From Planctomycetota bacterium (GTDB lineage: Bacteria; Planctomycetota; UBA1135; UBA2386), in contig JBKAGP010000001.1 of NCBI GenBank assembly GCA_046290465.1, forward strand, positions 3,008,001 through 3,072,000: 64,000 nt of DNA, given 5' to 3'. Both the position numbers and the translations under genes were made by a program. Of the stretch, positions 43,488-52,338 are shown in pieces. Each line of letters starts with the position of its first letter. Positions within the stretch are counted from its first letter, which is position 1. The notes beneath the pieces are model-generated. The model did not search any database and was not told where the DNA came from. It saw only the letters and a list, made by a program, of their open reading frames with translations.

Positions 43488-44399
43488 ATGGAACGCTTCT
43501 ACCCCATCGGCACTCCCGGCCAGCCCTGGACCGACGCAGACAAGGTCGCCTGGTTCGAACAGCAGACCCGCAAGCGCAGCTACCGCGAGCAGGTGCTCGA
43601 CAAGATCGACGCGCTGCGCGACCGCTTCGACGTGACGCAGTACGGCGCGCTCGAGGTCGACCCCGAGCGCTACCCGCTGTTCGCGTTCGCGCCGAAGGCG
43701 CCGAAGCCCGATCGGCCGTGGGCGCTGATCACCGGCGGCGTGCACGGCTACGAGACCAGCGGCGTGCAGGGTGCGCTCGCCTTCCTCGCCGAGCACGCCG
43801 AGCACTACGCCGACCGCGTCAACCTGCTGGTCGCGCCGTGCGTCAGCCCGTGGGCCTACGAGATGATCCATCGCTGGAACGCCAAGGCGATCGACCCCAA
43901 CCGTTCGTTCGTCGACGACAGCCCGTGCGGCGAGTCGGCGGCGGTGATGCAGCTGGTCGCGAGCCGGGGCGTGTCCTGGCTGATGCACATGGACCTGCAC
44001 GAGACGACCGACACCGACGAGTCCGAGTTCCGTCCGGCCAAGGCCGCGCGCGACGGCGAGGCCAACGAACCGGGCACGATCCCCGACGGCTTCTACACGG
44101 TCGGCGACAGCGACAACCCGCAGCCGGAGTTCCAGGCCGCGATCATCGCATCGGTCGCCAAGGTCACGCACATCGCGCCGCCCGACGAGAACGGCCAGAT
44201 CATCGGCGCCGACGTCGAGCAGAACGGCGTCATCAACTACCCCGTGCACGAACTCGGCCTGTGCACGTCGATGACCGGCGCGACCTACACGAGCACGACC
44301 GAGGTCTACCCGGACAGCCCGAAGGTCACCGACGACGACTGCAACCGCGCGCAGGTCGCCGCGGTGCGCGGCGCGCTCGACTTCGTGCTCGCACGGTAG
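43488..44399 (+). CDS. M14-family zinc metallocarboxypeptidase (AstE/AspA-like)
   Basis: 'GGVHGYE' (HxxE), 'DPNRSF', 'DLHE', 'TTEVYP'. Confidence 0.88.
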   Translation: MERFYPIGTPGQPWTDADKVAWFEQQTRKRSYREQVLDKIDALRDRFDVTQYGALEVDPERYPLFAFAPKAPKPDRPWALITGGVHGYETSGVQGALAFLAEHAEHYADRVNLLVAPCVSPWAYEMIHRWNAKAIDPNRSFVDDSPCGESAAVMQLVASRGVSWLMHMDLHETTDTDESEFRPAKAARDGEANEPGTIPDGFYTVGDSDNPQPEFQAAIIASVAKVTHIAPPDENGQIIGADVEQNGVINYPVHELGLCTSMTGATYTSTTEVYPDSPKVTDDDCNRAQVAAVRGALDFVLAR

Positions 44400-44425
44400 C
44401 GGCGGCCGCGTGCGTCGCGTAGCCG

Positions 44426-45814
44426 CTACTGCACCGACTCGCCGAACGTGTTGGTGATCGTCACGCCGACCAGCGGATCGAACACCACACCCTGGTAGTT
44501 GAGCGGCGTGCCGACCAGCGCCGGCACGTTGGGCAGGGCCCAGGTGACGGTCAGCGGGCTCGCACCGGTCTGCGCACCGACCACCAGCGCGCTCGCCGGA
44601 TCGAGGCGCAGCGTGCCGATCGGGCCGAGCGGCAGCACGCCGGCACCGAACGACGCGACCAGCAGGCCGGGGTAGGCGCCGCCGGTGCGGGTGTGCAGTT
44701 CGACCGAGTAGTTGCCGGCGATCACCGGCGGCGCCGTGGCGTCGACGTGGCGCAGGAAGTTGGGCAGGCCGGGCAGGTCGAGGTCGCCGTCCCCGTCGTA
44801 GTCGGCGGCGACGGCGCCGCGGTAGACGCCGAACGACACCTGCTGCGACGACGCGACGAACGTGAACACGCCGGTGCCGTCGTTGAAGCCGATCTCGGCC
44901 GGACGCACCAGGTCGACGTCGCCGTCGTCGTCGACGTCGAACGCGCCGTAGCCCGGCACCGTCGAGGCGACACCGGAGTTGCCGGTGACGTCGACGAACA
45001 CGCCGTTCCCGAGGTTCTCGTAGAGCAGCCGGCCGTAGCTCGCGAACACGTCGATGTCGCCGTCGCCGTCGACGTCGACCAGCCAGTGCGCGCCCGACGC
45101 GGCCGCAGGAAGCTGCGTCGCGGCCGGCGTCAGCACGCCGTTCTGGTTGAGCAGCAGACCGCCGACGCCCGGCACCAGCACGTCGAGGTCGCCGTCGCCG
45201 TCGAGGTCGCGCGCCGGCGGCGCCTGGTAGTACTCGAAGCCGAGGCCGAGCGGCACGTTGAGCAGGCGCACCGCGGTCTGGTCGGAGAACACACCGGCAC
45301 CGTTGTTCTCGTAGTAGCGGCAGCCATCGGGTCCGACCGCGAGCCAGTCGGCATCGCCGTCGCCGTCGAAGTCGGCCACGACGTGGTTCTTGGTGTCGAA
45401 CGCCTGCGCCGGCAGGGCCGTCGCGGTGACGTTGGTGAACACACCGGCGCCGTTGTTGACGTAGACCTCGTTGGACACGAAGTCCTCGTTGCCCATCAGC
45501 AGGTCGAGGTCGCCGTCGCCGTCGATGTCGACGAGGTCGACGCAGTGGTTGTCGACGAACGCCGGCGAGGTCAGGCGGGTGGCGGACTCGTCGACGAAGC
45601 CGCCGTTGCCGTCGTTGATCAGCACTTGCGCCGCGAAGAAGTCGTTGGCCGCGACGAGATCGAGATCGCCGTCACCGTCGAGGTCGCCGCTGGTCAGCTT
45701 GACGGGGTTGAGGTTCTGCGGGAGCGTCGCGAAGCGCGTCGCCCGGAACGGCGACTGGGCCGACGCGGCGGCGCACAGGACGAGGGAAGAGAGCAGGCAG
45801 AGGGGTCGTTGCAT
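44426..45814 (-). CDS. Secreted FG-GAP/VCBS repeat protein with shared C-terminal domain
   Basis: Signal peptide; seven 'D.DGDGD.D' repeats, several followed by 'N.G.G.F.D.T'. Confidence 0.9.
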   Translation of the reverse strand: MQRPLCLLSSLVLCAAASAQSPFRATRFATLPQNLNPVKLTSGDLDGDGDLDLVAANDFFAAQVLINDGNGGFVDESATRLTSPAFVDNHCVDLVDIDGDGDLDLLMGNEDFVSNEVYVNNGAGVFTNVTATALPAQAFDTKNHVVADFDGDGDADWLAVGPDGCRYYENNGAGVFSDQTAVRLLNVPLGLGFEYYQAPPARDLDGDGDLDVLVPGVGGLLLNQNGVLTPAATQLPAAASGAHWLVDVDGDGDIDVFASYGRLLYENLGNGVFVDVTGNSGVASTVPGYGAFDVDDDGDVDLVRPAEIGFNDGTGVFTFVASSQQVSFGVYRGAVAADYDGDGDLDLPGLPNFLRHVDATAPPVIAGNYSVELHTRTGGAYPGLLVASFGAGVLPLGPIGTLRLDPASALVVGAQTGASPLTVTWALPNVPALVGTPLNYQGVVFDPLVGVTITNTFGESVQ

Positions 45815-46010
45815 CGGACTCCGAGGGGTGGGTCGTTGCCTTGGGGGCGCGCGACCAGGAGCAACTGCCATGCCCGTCCCACCGATGTCCCGGCGCGGAC
45901 ACGACAGCGGCCCGGACGTTCCGCGGGCGTAACGGCAAGGCCGTCGACGCCGGCGATGCGCCGGGCCGCTGGCGCGACGCCCCGGAGGGCGCCGCAGCTT
46001 TGGACCTGGA

Positions 46011-48413
46011 CTACAGGATCACGAAGTCGAACGTGTAGTCGGCACCGAGCGCCGGGATGAAGTCGCCGCCCAGCACGATGCCGGTCGTCGAGCTGCTCAT
46101 GTCCTGGCCGAACGTCTGCGTGCCGAGGCCGAGCACCAGGCGCCAGCCGTTCGACAGCTGCAGCGGGTTGCTCGGGAACACGATCGGGTTGTTCATGCCG
46201 ACCTGCGCCGAGACCGTCGAGCCGATCAGGTTGGTGTCGTTCGGGATCGGCAGCACCGGGATGTTGGACGTCGAGACCGGGTAGATCAGGATCGGCGCGA
46301 CGCGCAGCACGTCGTCGACCTCCGGGCCGAACGGCAGCGCACCTTCTTGCAGACCGATGAACAGGAAGCACTCCGGCTCCGCCGCGGCGAACTCCGCGCC
46401 GCCGAGGTAGATCGTGTAGGCACCGGCCGAACCGAAGCCGCTGCCGTTCCACGAGGCGATCGGGTTGGCCGCACCGGGGCCGTCCGGCTGGCGCTCGACC
46501 TCGAACGGACCGTTGGTCCACAGGTTGTCGCCGTTGGCGTCCTGGGCGTCGTTGTTGTAGCGCGAGACCGCGATCAGCACCGGACCGGGGCCGGTCAGGA
46601 ACTGGCCGGTCAGGGTCGAGCGCAGCGTGCCCGGATCGTCGTCCCGGAACGCGATGCCGGTGCCATCCGGCTTGAACATCCACATCTGCGTGTCGAACGC
46701 AGCGCCGCCGACCGTGCTGGCCGAGAACGACGCGACGTCGAAGACGTTGACCAGGAACATGTCGACGTCGTTGGCACTGTCGAGCGTGCCGCGGATCTCG
46801 GCGATCGCGCCCGCGCCGGTGGTGACGTCGGCCGTGCCCGGCAGCTCACCCGCGTCGGCGACCTCCGAGAAGATCTGGCCAGGGATGTAGTCGATCGAGA
46901 ACAGGCTGATCGCCCCGTCGCCTTCGCTGGTCACCGCCAGCAGCGGCGTGCCGGTCGAGCTCTCGCTCGCCGGGATGAACTGCAGGCCCTCGGGCGCCTC
47001 GGCGCCGATGCCGCTCTCACCGGCGACGTCGATCACGTCGCGCAGGATCGGGTTGTTGGGGTTCTGCACGCTGTAGACCAGCACCGAGTTGGTGCGCTCG
47101 AGGCCGATGAACAGCAGCGGCAGGCCGTTGACCTCGCCGAACACGATCGACTCCGGCTCCGGGCCCTTGTCGTCCGAGCGGCCGTCTTCCCACAGGCCGC
47201 GCGCCAGCATCGTGCGCTCGAACTCGTCGCCCGAGTCGAACACGAGGTTGCCGCCGGTGTCCCAGATCGTGAACGAACGGGCGCCGAACGAGTAGAGCTG
47301 GTCGACGTCGCCGTCGTTGTCGGTGTCGCCGCGGGCGATGTCGTAGTCGCTGGTGACGAACTTCAGGCGACCGAGGATCGCATCGTCATTGAGATCGGCC
47401 GAGGAGTAGAGGCCGGTTTCGGGCGTCGGGTCCTCGGTATCGAGCGTGAAGCCGTCCTCGAGGTCATCGCCGCGCGTCTCGTCGCCGAAGCCCGCGAAGT
47501 CGTCGCGGCCGTCACCTTCGTTGGCCGTCGCGATGTACTCGACGCCGCCGACCGTGAAGCTGGTGATCGCGTCCGGCATGTAGTAGCCGAGGATCGGGAA
47601 GTTGAGGAAGTTGCCGTCGATGCCGTCGTCGTTCGACGGATCGAACGCGTTGCCCGGCAGGTTGTGGTCCTTCTCGCCGAGCGGGAAGATGTCGGTGACG
47701 GTGACGGTCGCGATGTCGACGACGGCGATCGCGTTGTTCTCCTGCAGCGTGCAGTAGGCGGTCGTGCCGGCGGCGTTGATCGTCAGGTACTCCGGCTCGA
47801 CGTCCTGCGCGAGCGTGATGCCGTTGACGTCCGACAGGCGCACCCCGGCGGCCTGCAGCGCGGCCTTCTGCGCGTTGAACGGCACGAAGCTGGCCGTCTG
47901 GGCGGTGCGCGACGCGACGTCGACGACGCTGATCGAACCCTCGGGGTTGTTCAGGCCGGTGGCCTCGTCGGCCTCGCCTTCGTTGGCGGTCAGCACCTTG
48001 CTGCCGTCCGGCGTGAACGCGAGCATGTCCGGCAGCGGGCCGACGGTGACCGAGGCGCCGCTGACGGCACCGGTCGCAGCATCGAAGAACTGCACCTGGC
48101 CGAGGTCCTGCTTGGTCGGGCCTTCGACGGCGACCGCGACGAGGCCGTTGTAGACCGCGACGCTGTTGGGCGCGCCGGCGAGCGGGATCGAGCCGATCAG
48201 CGACAGCTGGCCGGTGGCCGACGACGTGAACACGTCGAGCTCGTCGCTGCCCGGGTTGGTGACGAAGTAGCGGCCGCTGCCGGCGTCGTAGGCGACGATC
48301 TCGCCTTCCTGGTTGGTCGACTGGATCGTCGAGAGGTGCGTGTGCGAGATCTGCGCCGAGAGCGACGCGGTCGCAGCGAGGGCGGCGGCGAGCGCCAGGA
48401 TCCGGATGGTCAT
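46011..48413 (-). CDS. Secreted choice-of-anchor I (alkaline-phosphatase-associated propeller) protein + PPC/DVUA0089-like domain + C-terminal domain
   Basis: 'GPLPDMLAFTPDG', 'ANEGE', 'EPEY', 'LQENNA', 'MPDAI', 'TANEGD', 'GARSF', 'RSDDKGPEPE', 'GLER', 'APEG'; then 'DAGELP..A...I.G.L....DVDMF', 'FDTQ..F'. Confidence 0.88.
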   Translation of the reverse strand: MTIRILALAAALAATASLSAQISHTHLSTIQSTNQEGEIVAYDAGSGRYFVTNPGSDELDVFTSSATGQLSLIGSIPLAGAPNSVAVYNGLVAVAVEGPTKQDLGQVQFFDAATGAVSGASVTVGPLPDMLAFTPDGSKVLTANEGEADEATGLNNPEGSISVVDVASRTAQTASFVPFNAQKAALQAAGVRLSDVNGITLAQDVEPEYLTINAAGTTAYCTLQENNAIAVVDIATVTVTDIFPLGEKDHNLPGNAFDPSNDDGIDGNFLNFPILGYYMPDAITSFTVGGVEYIATANEGDGRDDFAGFGDETRGDDLEDGFTLDTEDPTPETGLYSSADLNDDAILGRLKFVTSDYDIARGDTDNDGDVDQLYSFGARSFTIWDTGGNLVFDSGDEFERTMLARGLWEDGRSDDKGPEPESIVFGEVNGLPLLFIGLERTNSVLVYSVQNPNNPILRDVIDVAGESGIGAEAPEGLQFIPASESSTGTPLLAVTSEGDGAISLFSIDYIPGQIFSEVADAGELPGTADVTTGAGAIAEIRGTLDSANDVDMFLVNVFDVASFSASTVGGAAFDTQMWMFKPDGTGIAFRDDDPGTLRSTLTGQFLTGPGPVLIAVSRYNNDAQDANGDNLWTNGPFEVERQPDGPGAANPIASWNGSGFGSAGAYTIYLGGAEFAAAEPECFLFIGLQEGALPFGPEVDDVLRVAPILIYPVSTSNIPVLPIPNDTNLIGSTVSAQVGMNNPIVFPSNPLQLSNGWRLVLGLGTQTFGQDMSSSTTGIVLGGDFIPALGADYTFDFVIL

Positions 48414-48624
48414 GTGGTGTCTAGTTGCTGGGTGTTCGCTTGCGGAATTGCCAGGTCATTGGCGGCGCCAAAGAGACGCGCAACGACGAGGCAGTGAGCA
48501 AACGCCACCGCGAGAAGGGCACGACATGCCGCGATGAAGGAACGCGCAACGAGCCGTGAATCGGAGGTGGGCACCCAGATCAAGACGGCGTGAAGACTCC
48601 CGCGGCGCGACCAAGAGCCGCTCG

Positions 48625-49518
48625 TCAGCCGTCGTAGTCCATGCCGCCGAGACCCGAACGCATGCGGCGCTTGCGGTGGTCGCGCAGGTGGAACCTCGAC
48701 TGGCGCAGGTCCCACTCGCCGCGGCGCAGGGCCTGCAGCACCACCAGGATGTCGTCGCGACAGTTGGGGCAGCCGGCCTTCTCCGACGGCGCCGCGCTGG
48801 CGATCGTCGCCAGGATCGCCGCGTCGACCGTCCGCTGGAACAGCTGCGCCTCGCCGCGCGCGGCGGCGCGGACCACGGCATCCAGCTCCGAACGCAGCTT
48901 GTGGACGTAGCGTGGGCGATGGCCGCGCAGTGCCGCGACGTTGGTCTCGACGTGCGGCGGCACCGGCGCGACCCACGCACGCTGCTGCGACAACAACCTG
49001 CGCGCCTCCTCCAGCACGCCGAGCGCTTCGTCGACGTGGTCGCGCCGGCTCAGTTCGTCGGCGAGCCGGCGGTGCGCCCGATAGCAGGCCGCAGCGGCCT
49101 TCCCGATGTCGTGGCGGTGCGTGCCGGCAACCCGTTCCAGCGGCGGGTGCGACGGCAGCACCCCATACGTGCGGAAGGCGGCGACCTGCCGGCGCAGGCC
49201 GTCGCGTTCGGCGGCCTTGCGTTCGAGGGGCAGGCTGCGCCCGATCTTGCCGATGGCCTCGTCCAGGGCGCCGTCGAGCGCCGCCTCGCGTTGCTTGACG
49301 GTCTCGCCGTAGCTGGCGATGGCTTCGCGAACCCGGCGGTGGAGTCGCCCCAGCTTGTCGGGGGCGGCCTCGTCACCGTGGTGAGCCTTCTCCGTGCCAA
49401 CCTCCGGTTGGCCACCCTGACCCGCGCAGGCGGAGCAGAGCAGCACCATGGTCAGCAGGTTGGTGATGGCCAACGGCCAGCACGGCATCGCGGCCAGAAT
49501 CTGTCGAAAGGGGTTCAT
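48625..49518 (-). CDS. Hypothetical helical lipoprotein
   Basis: ATG after GAGGAA; hydrophobic stretch ending 'LCSAC'; no family recognised. Confidence 0.55.
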   Translation of the reverse strand: MNPFRQILAAMPCWPLAITNLLTMVLLCSACAGQGGQPEVGTEKAHHGDEAAPDKLGRLHRRVREAIASYGETVKQREAALDGALDEAIGKIGRSLPLERKAAERDGLRRQVAAFRTYGVLPSHPPLERVAGTHRHDIGKAAAACYRAHRRLADELSRRDHVDEALGVLEEARRLLSQQRAWVAPVPPHVETNVAALRGHRPRYVHKLRSELDAVVRAAARGEAQLFQRTVDAAILATIASAAPSEKAGCPNCRDDILVVLQALRRGEWDLRQSRFHLRDHRKRRMRSGLGGMDYDG

Positions 49519-49745
49519 CTGTCGTTCCTCGTCGGGACCAGGCAACGCGACGGACCACCGTGGTCCCCGCGCGCTACCCCTGTCGCGCGGGCACGCCGCG
49601 AGGTCGGCACCGGTTTTTCGTCGAAGGGGCTGGCCGCGCCTGCGACCGGCGGTCTACCGGGGCGCGCATCCGCACATCGCCTGCGGTCGCAGCGCCACGT
49701 TCTCGGCCACGTTCTCGGCTGGCAGGGAAGCCGGAGGGATCGCTG

Positions 49746-50132
49746 CTAGTTGGGCCGCCGCAATGGGCGAGTCCGTGGCTTCTGCTTTGCCTGGCCTTGC
49801 TGAGGGAACAAGTACTTCGCGATCACGAGAACGATTCCGTAGGCCTGCACCAGCGTCGCGGTCAGCCAGATCCGCAGAGTGACCGCGTCCAGCTGGAGCA
49901 ACTGGAACGACGCGAGCGCCAACACGCCGACGTTGACGACGGTCAGGAGGCCGATGAGGATGCCGAGCATCCACATCATGAACTTCCCCCGCAGCTCGCG
50001 GTCCTTCTTCTGATCCTCCTCGTCCTGGGAGAGCTCCTTCGAGCGCGTGCCCTGCTCCTGCTTGACCTGGCGCCGCAGACCTGCGAAGAGGGCGCGTTCG
50101 CGATCTTCGTTGGAAGCGTCTTCGCCAGCCAT
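49746..50132 (-). CDS. Hypothetical two-TM membrane protein
   Basis: Charged N-terminus, two hydrophobic helices, 'IAKYLFP'; TGATG overlap with the upstream peptidase gene. Confidence 0.75.
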   Translation of the reverse strand: MAGEDASNEDRERALFAGLRRQVKQEQGTRSKELSQDEEDQKKDRELRGKFMMWMLGILIGLLTVVNVGVLALASFQLLQLDAVTLRIWLTATLVQAYGIVLVIAKYLFPQQGQAKQKPRTRPLRRPN

Positions 50133-50635
50133 CAGGACTTGCGGGCCTTGTCCAGCCTGACGCGGAGCGCATGCGGCGAGACCTTGAACCGTCGGGCAGC
50201 TCTCGCGAGGTCGGCCAGCGACGGGTCACCCCCCAAGTCCTTCAGCAGATCCTCGATGTGCTCGTCCGGCATCAGGAGGCGCGCGGCAAACTCGTTGGCG
50301 TAGACCTCATCCTCGCTGCGGCTCGATTCGCTGCGATAGTCGACGTAGCTGAACTTGCCCTTCTTGTCGTTGTCGAAGAAGTGGCCGAGCTCGTGAGCGC
50401 AGGAGAAGCGTCGGCGGTTTTCGTGGTCACGAACCTCGAGGTAGATGACCGCGTTCTCTCCTTCGCCCTTCTCGATCGCTCCACTGACGTCATCTGGCAA
50501 CTTGACGTCGAAGACCTCGACACCGTTCTCCCGGGCGATCGCAATCGGATCCACGGGCAGACTTCCGTCCCAGTGCCACGTCAGAATGGTGGCTGCATCA
50601 CGCGCTGCGCGGGATCGGGTGTCTCCGGATGGCAC
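50132..50635 (-). CDS. ImmA/IrrE (DUF955) metallo-endopeptidase
   Basis: 'PVDPIAIA', 'VSGAI', 'RRRFSCAHELGH' (HExxH), 'EVYANEFAARLLMP', 'FKVS'. Confidence 0.92.
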   Translation of the reverse strand: MPSGDTRSRAARDAATILTWHWDGSLPVDPIAIARENGVEVFDVKLPDDVSGAIEKGEGENAVIYLEVRDHENRRRFSCAHELGHFFDNDKKGKFSYVDYRSESSRSEDEVYANEFAARLLMPDEHIEDLLKDLGGDPSLADLARAARRFKVSPHALRVRLDKARKS

Positions 50636-50751
50636 GGACGGATCTTAGGACGCGATCTCGGCCATTTGGAAGGCCCATTCAGGCCCCTGGGACCCGCGCT
50701 CGCGCCACTCCCTGCCGTCACGGCCCCGGGCATGCCCTGCAGCTCGTTCGC

Positions 50752-52308
50752 TCAGCGCGGCTGCAGGTCGATGACCACCCAGTTGGCGGGATCGTTGGGG
50801 CGGTCCGGATACACCGCGGTCGCTTCGATCGGCCGGCCCGCTGCGACCTCGCGGGCCATCGCCGCGCGCAGGTAGTCCGCGGTCGTTCCCGGCGGCTGGT
50901 CCGCAGCGGCGTCGGCGATCGAGAACGCGACGAAGCGCGCGCGGAACCGTTCGCGGATCAGGCCGATCGGGTCCGGCGCCCTGGCCTGCTTGATCGCCTG
51001 CCAGTCGCGCCACAGCTCCGGGTGGTGCGACCACATGAACACCGGGTCGATCATGCCGGTGAAGCGCGTCATCTGGTCGCGCGTGTACCAGGTCAACGGT
51101 GAGCTGACGCCCCAGTCCGTCACGAACACCAGATCGCCGAGGTCGGCGCGTTCGCGCAGCCACGCGGCGACCGGCTCGAGCTCGCGGATGCGGTTGGCCT
51201 CGGCGCCCTCGGCGGCGGTCGGCACGTGCACGACGAAGCCGAGCGCCGCGACCGCGATCGCCGCCCACCAGCGCAGCCGGTGGCGCCAGCTGACCGCGAC
51301 GTAGAGCAGCAGCAGCGGCGTCGCCAGCTCCATCATGCGGCGGCTGAGCAGCGCCGCCACGATCATGAACATCGTCGGCAGCAGCAGCGGCCAGCGGCGG
51401 CGCGCGCCGGCCGACCACGCGAGCCACGCGCAGACGACGCCGCCGAGCACGAACGTCCACTCGATCGCCAGCAGGTCGCCGAGGCCGAGCGGCAGCAGCT
51501 CGAACGGCCGCACTTCGAGTTCGCCCTGCAGCGCGGCCCACGGCGTGCCGAGGTTGAGGTCGGCCCAGACCCGCAGATTGGCGGGGAAGTCCGGACGCAG
51601 CGTGCCGGAGATCACGACGCCGGCAGCGACCCACAGTCCGTCCCGCCACGGCAGCGAACCGCGGCCGTTGGCGATGCGCGCGCCGAGCGCCGCGAGCGAC
51701 CACAGCACGATCGGCAGCACGACCGCGCCGTGGCAGTAGCCGAACACCGCCGTCACCAGCAGCAGCCACCACGGCCGCACCGCCAGACGATCCTCCGCGC
51801 GCCGCGCGGCGATCGTGACGACCAGCAGCACCAGTGACGTGCTCAGCAGCATCGTGCGCAGCGTGGTGCAGCGGAACATCCAGGTCTGCGACACCGCCGG
51901 CAGCAGCAGGATCCACAGCGGCGACGCGTCGCGGCGCAGCAGCCGCGCACACCCCCACAGCACGAGCCCCTGCAGGCCGACCAGCGACCAGATCAGCGGC
52001 GGCACGGTGGCCTCGTCGAGCGATCGACCGCCGACCAGCGCGACCAGCGCGTCGAAGCCGAGCTGCTGGTCGCCGAAGTGGTGCTCGAGGCCGGTGAACG
52101 AAGCTGACGGCATCGTCTGCGGGAAGCCGTTCTCCGCCCAGGTGCGCGCGATCCACAGCGAACGGAACACGTCGTAGCCGACCGGGTGGGAGCCGGCCGG
52201 CACCAGGTGGACCATCAACGCGACCAGCGCGCCGACGCCGAGGAGCAGCCACAGCCAGGTGGCGGCGGCGCGTCCGGGTGGCACAACGGGCGACGGGGCG
52301 TCGGGCAT
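50752..52308 (-). CDS. Polytopic membrane protein, possibly GT-C-type glycosyltransferase
   Basis: More than 10 hydrophobic segments with an early periplasmic loop ('GYDVF') and a C-terminal soluble domain ('VFVTDW', 'GMIDPVFM'); function inferred from architecture only. Confidence 0.65.
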   Translation of the reverse strand: MPDAPSPVVPPGRAAATWLWLLLGVGALVALMVHLVPAGSHPVGYDVFRSLWIARTWAENGFPQTMPSASFTGLEHHFGDQQLGFDALVALVGGRSLDEATVPPLIWSLVGLQGLVLWGCARLLRRDASPLWILLLPAVSQTWMFRCTTLRTMLLSTSLVLLVVTIAARRAEDRLAVRPWWLLLVTAVFGYCHGAVVLPIVLWSLAALGARIANGRGSLPWRDGLWVAAGVVISGTLRPDFPANLRVWADLNLGTPWAALQGELEVRPFELLPLGLGDLLAIEWTFVLGGVVCAWLAWSAGARRRWPLLLPTMFMIVAALLSRRMMELATPLLLLYVAVSWRHRLRWWAAIAVAALGFVVHVPTAAEGAEANRIRELEPVAAWLRERADLGDLVFVTDWGVSSPLTWYTRDQMTRFTGMIDPVFMWSHHPELWRDWQAIKQARAPDPIGLIRERFRARFVAFSIADAAADQPPGTTADYLRAAMAREVAAGRPIEATAVYPDRPNDPANWVVIDLQPR

Positions 52309-52338
52309 CGTGCGCCGGACTCTACGTCACCGACCGCA

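Noticed and set aside
49694..49719. GCCACGTTCTCG tandem duplication as an integrase arm site
   Set aside because: Only two copies, with no att core or recombinase; simple slippage suffices.
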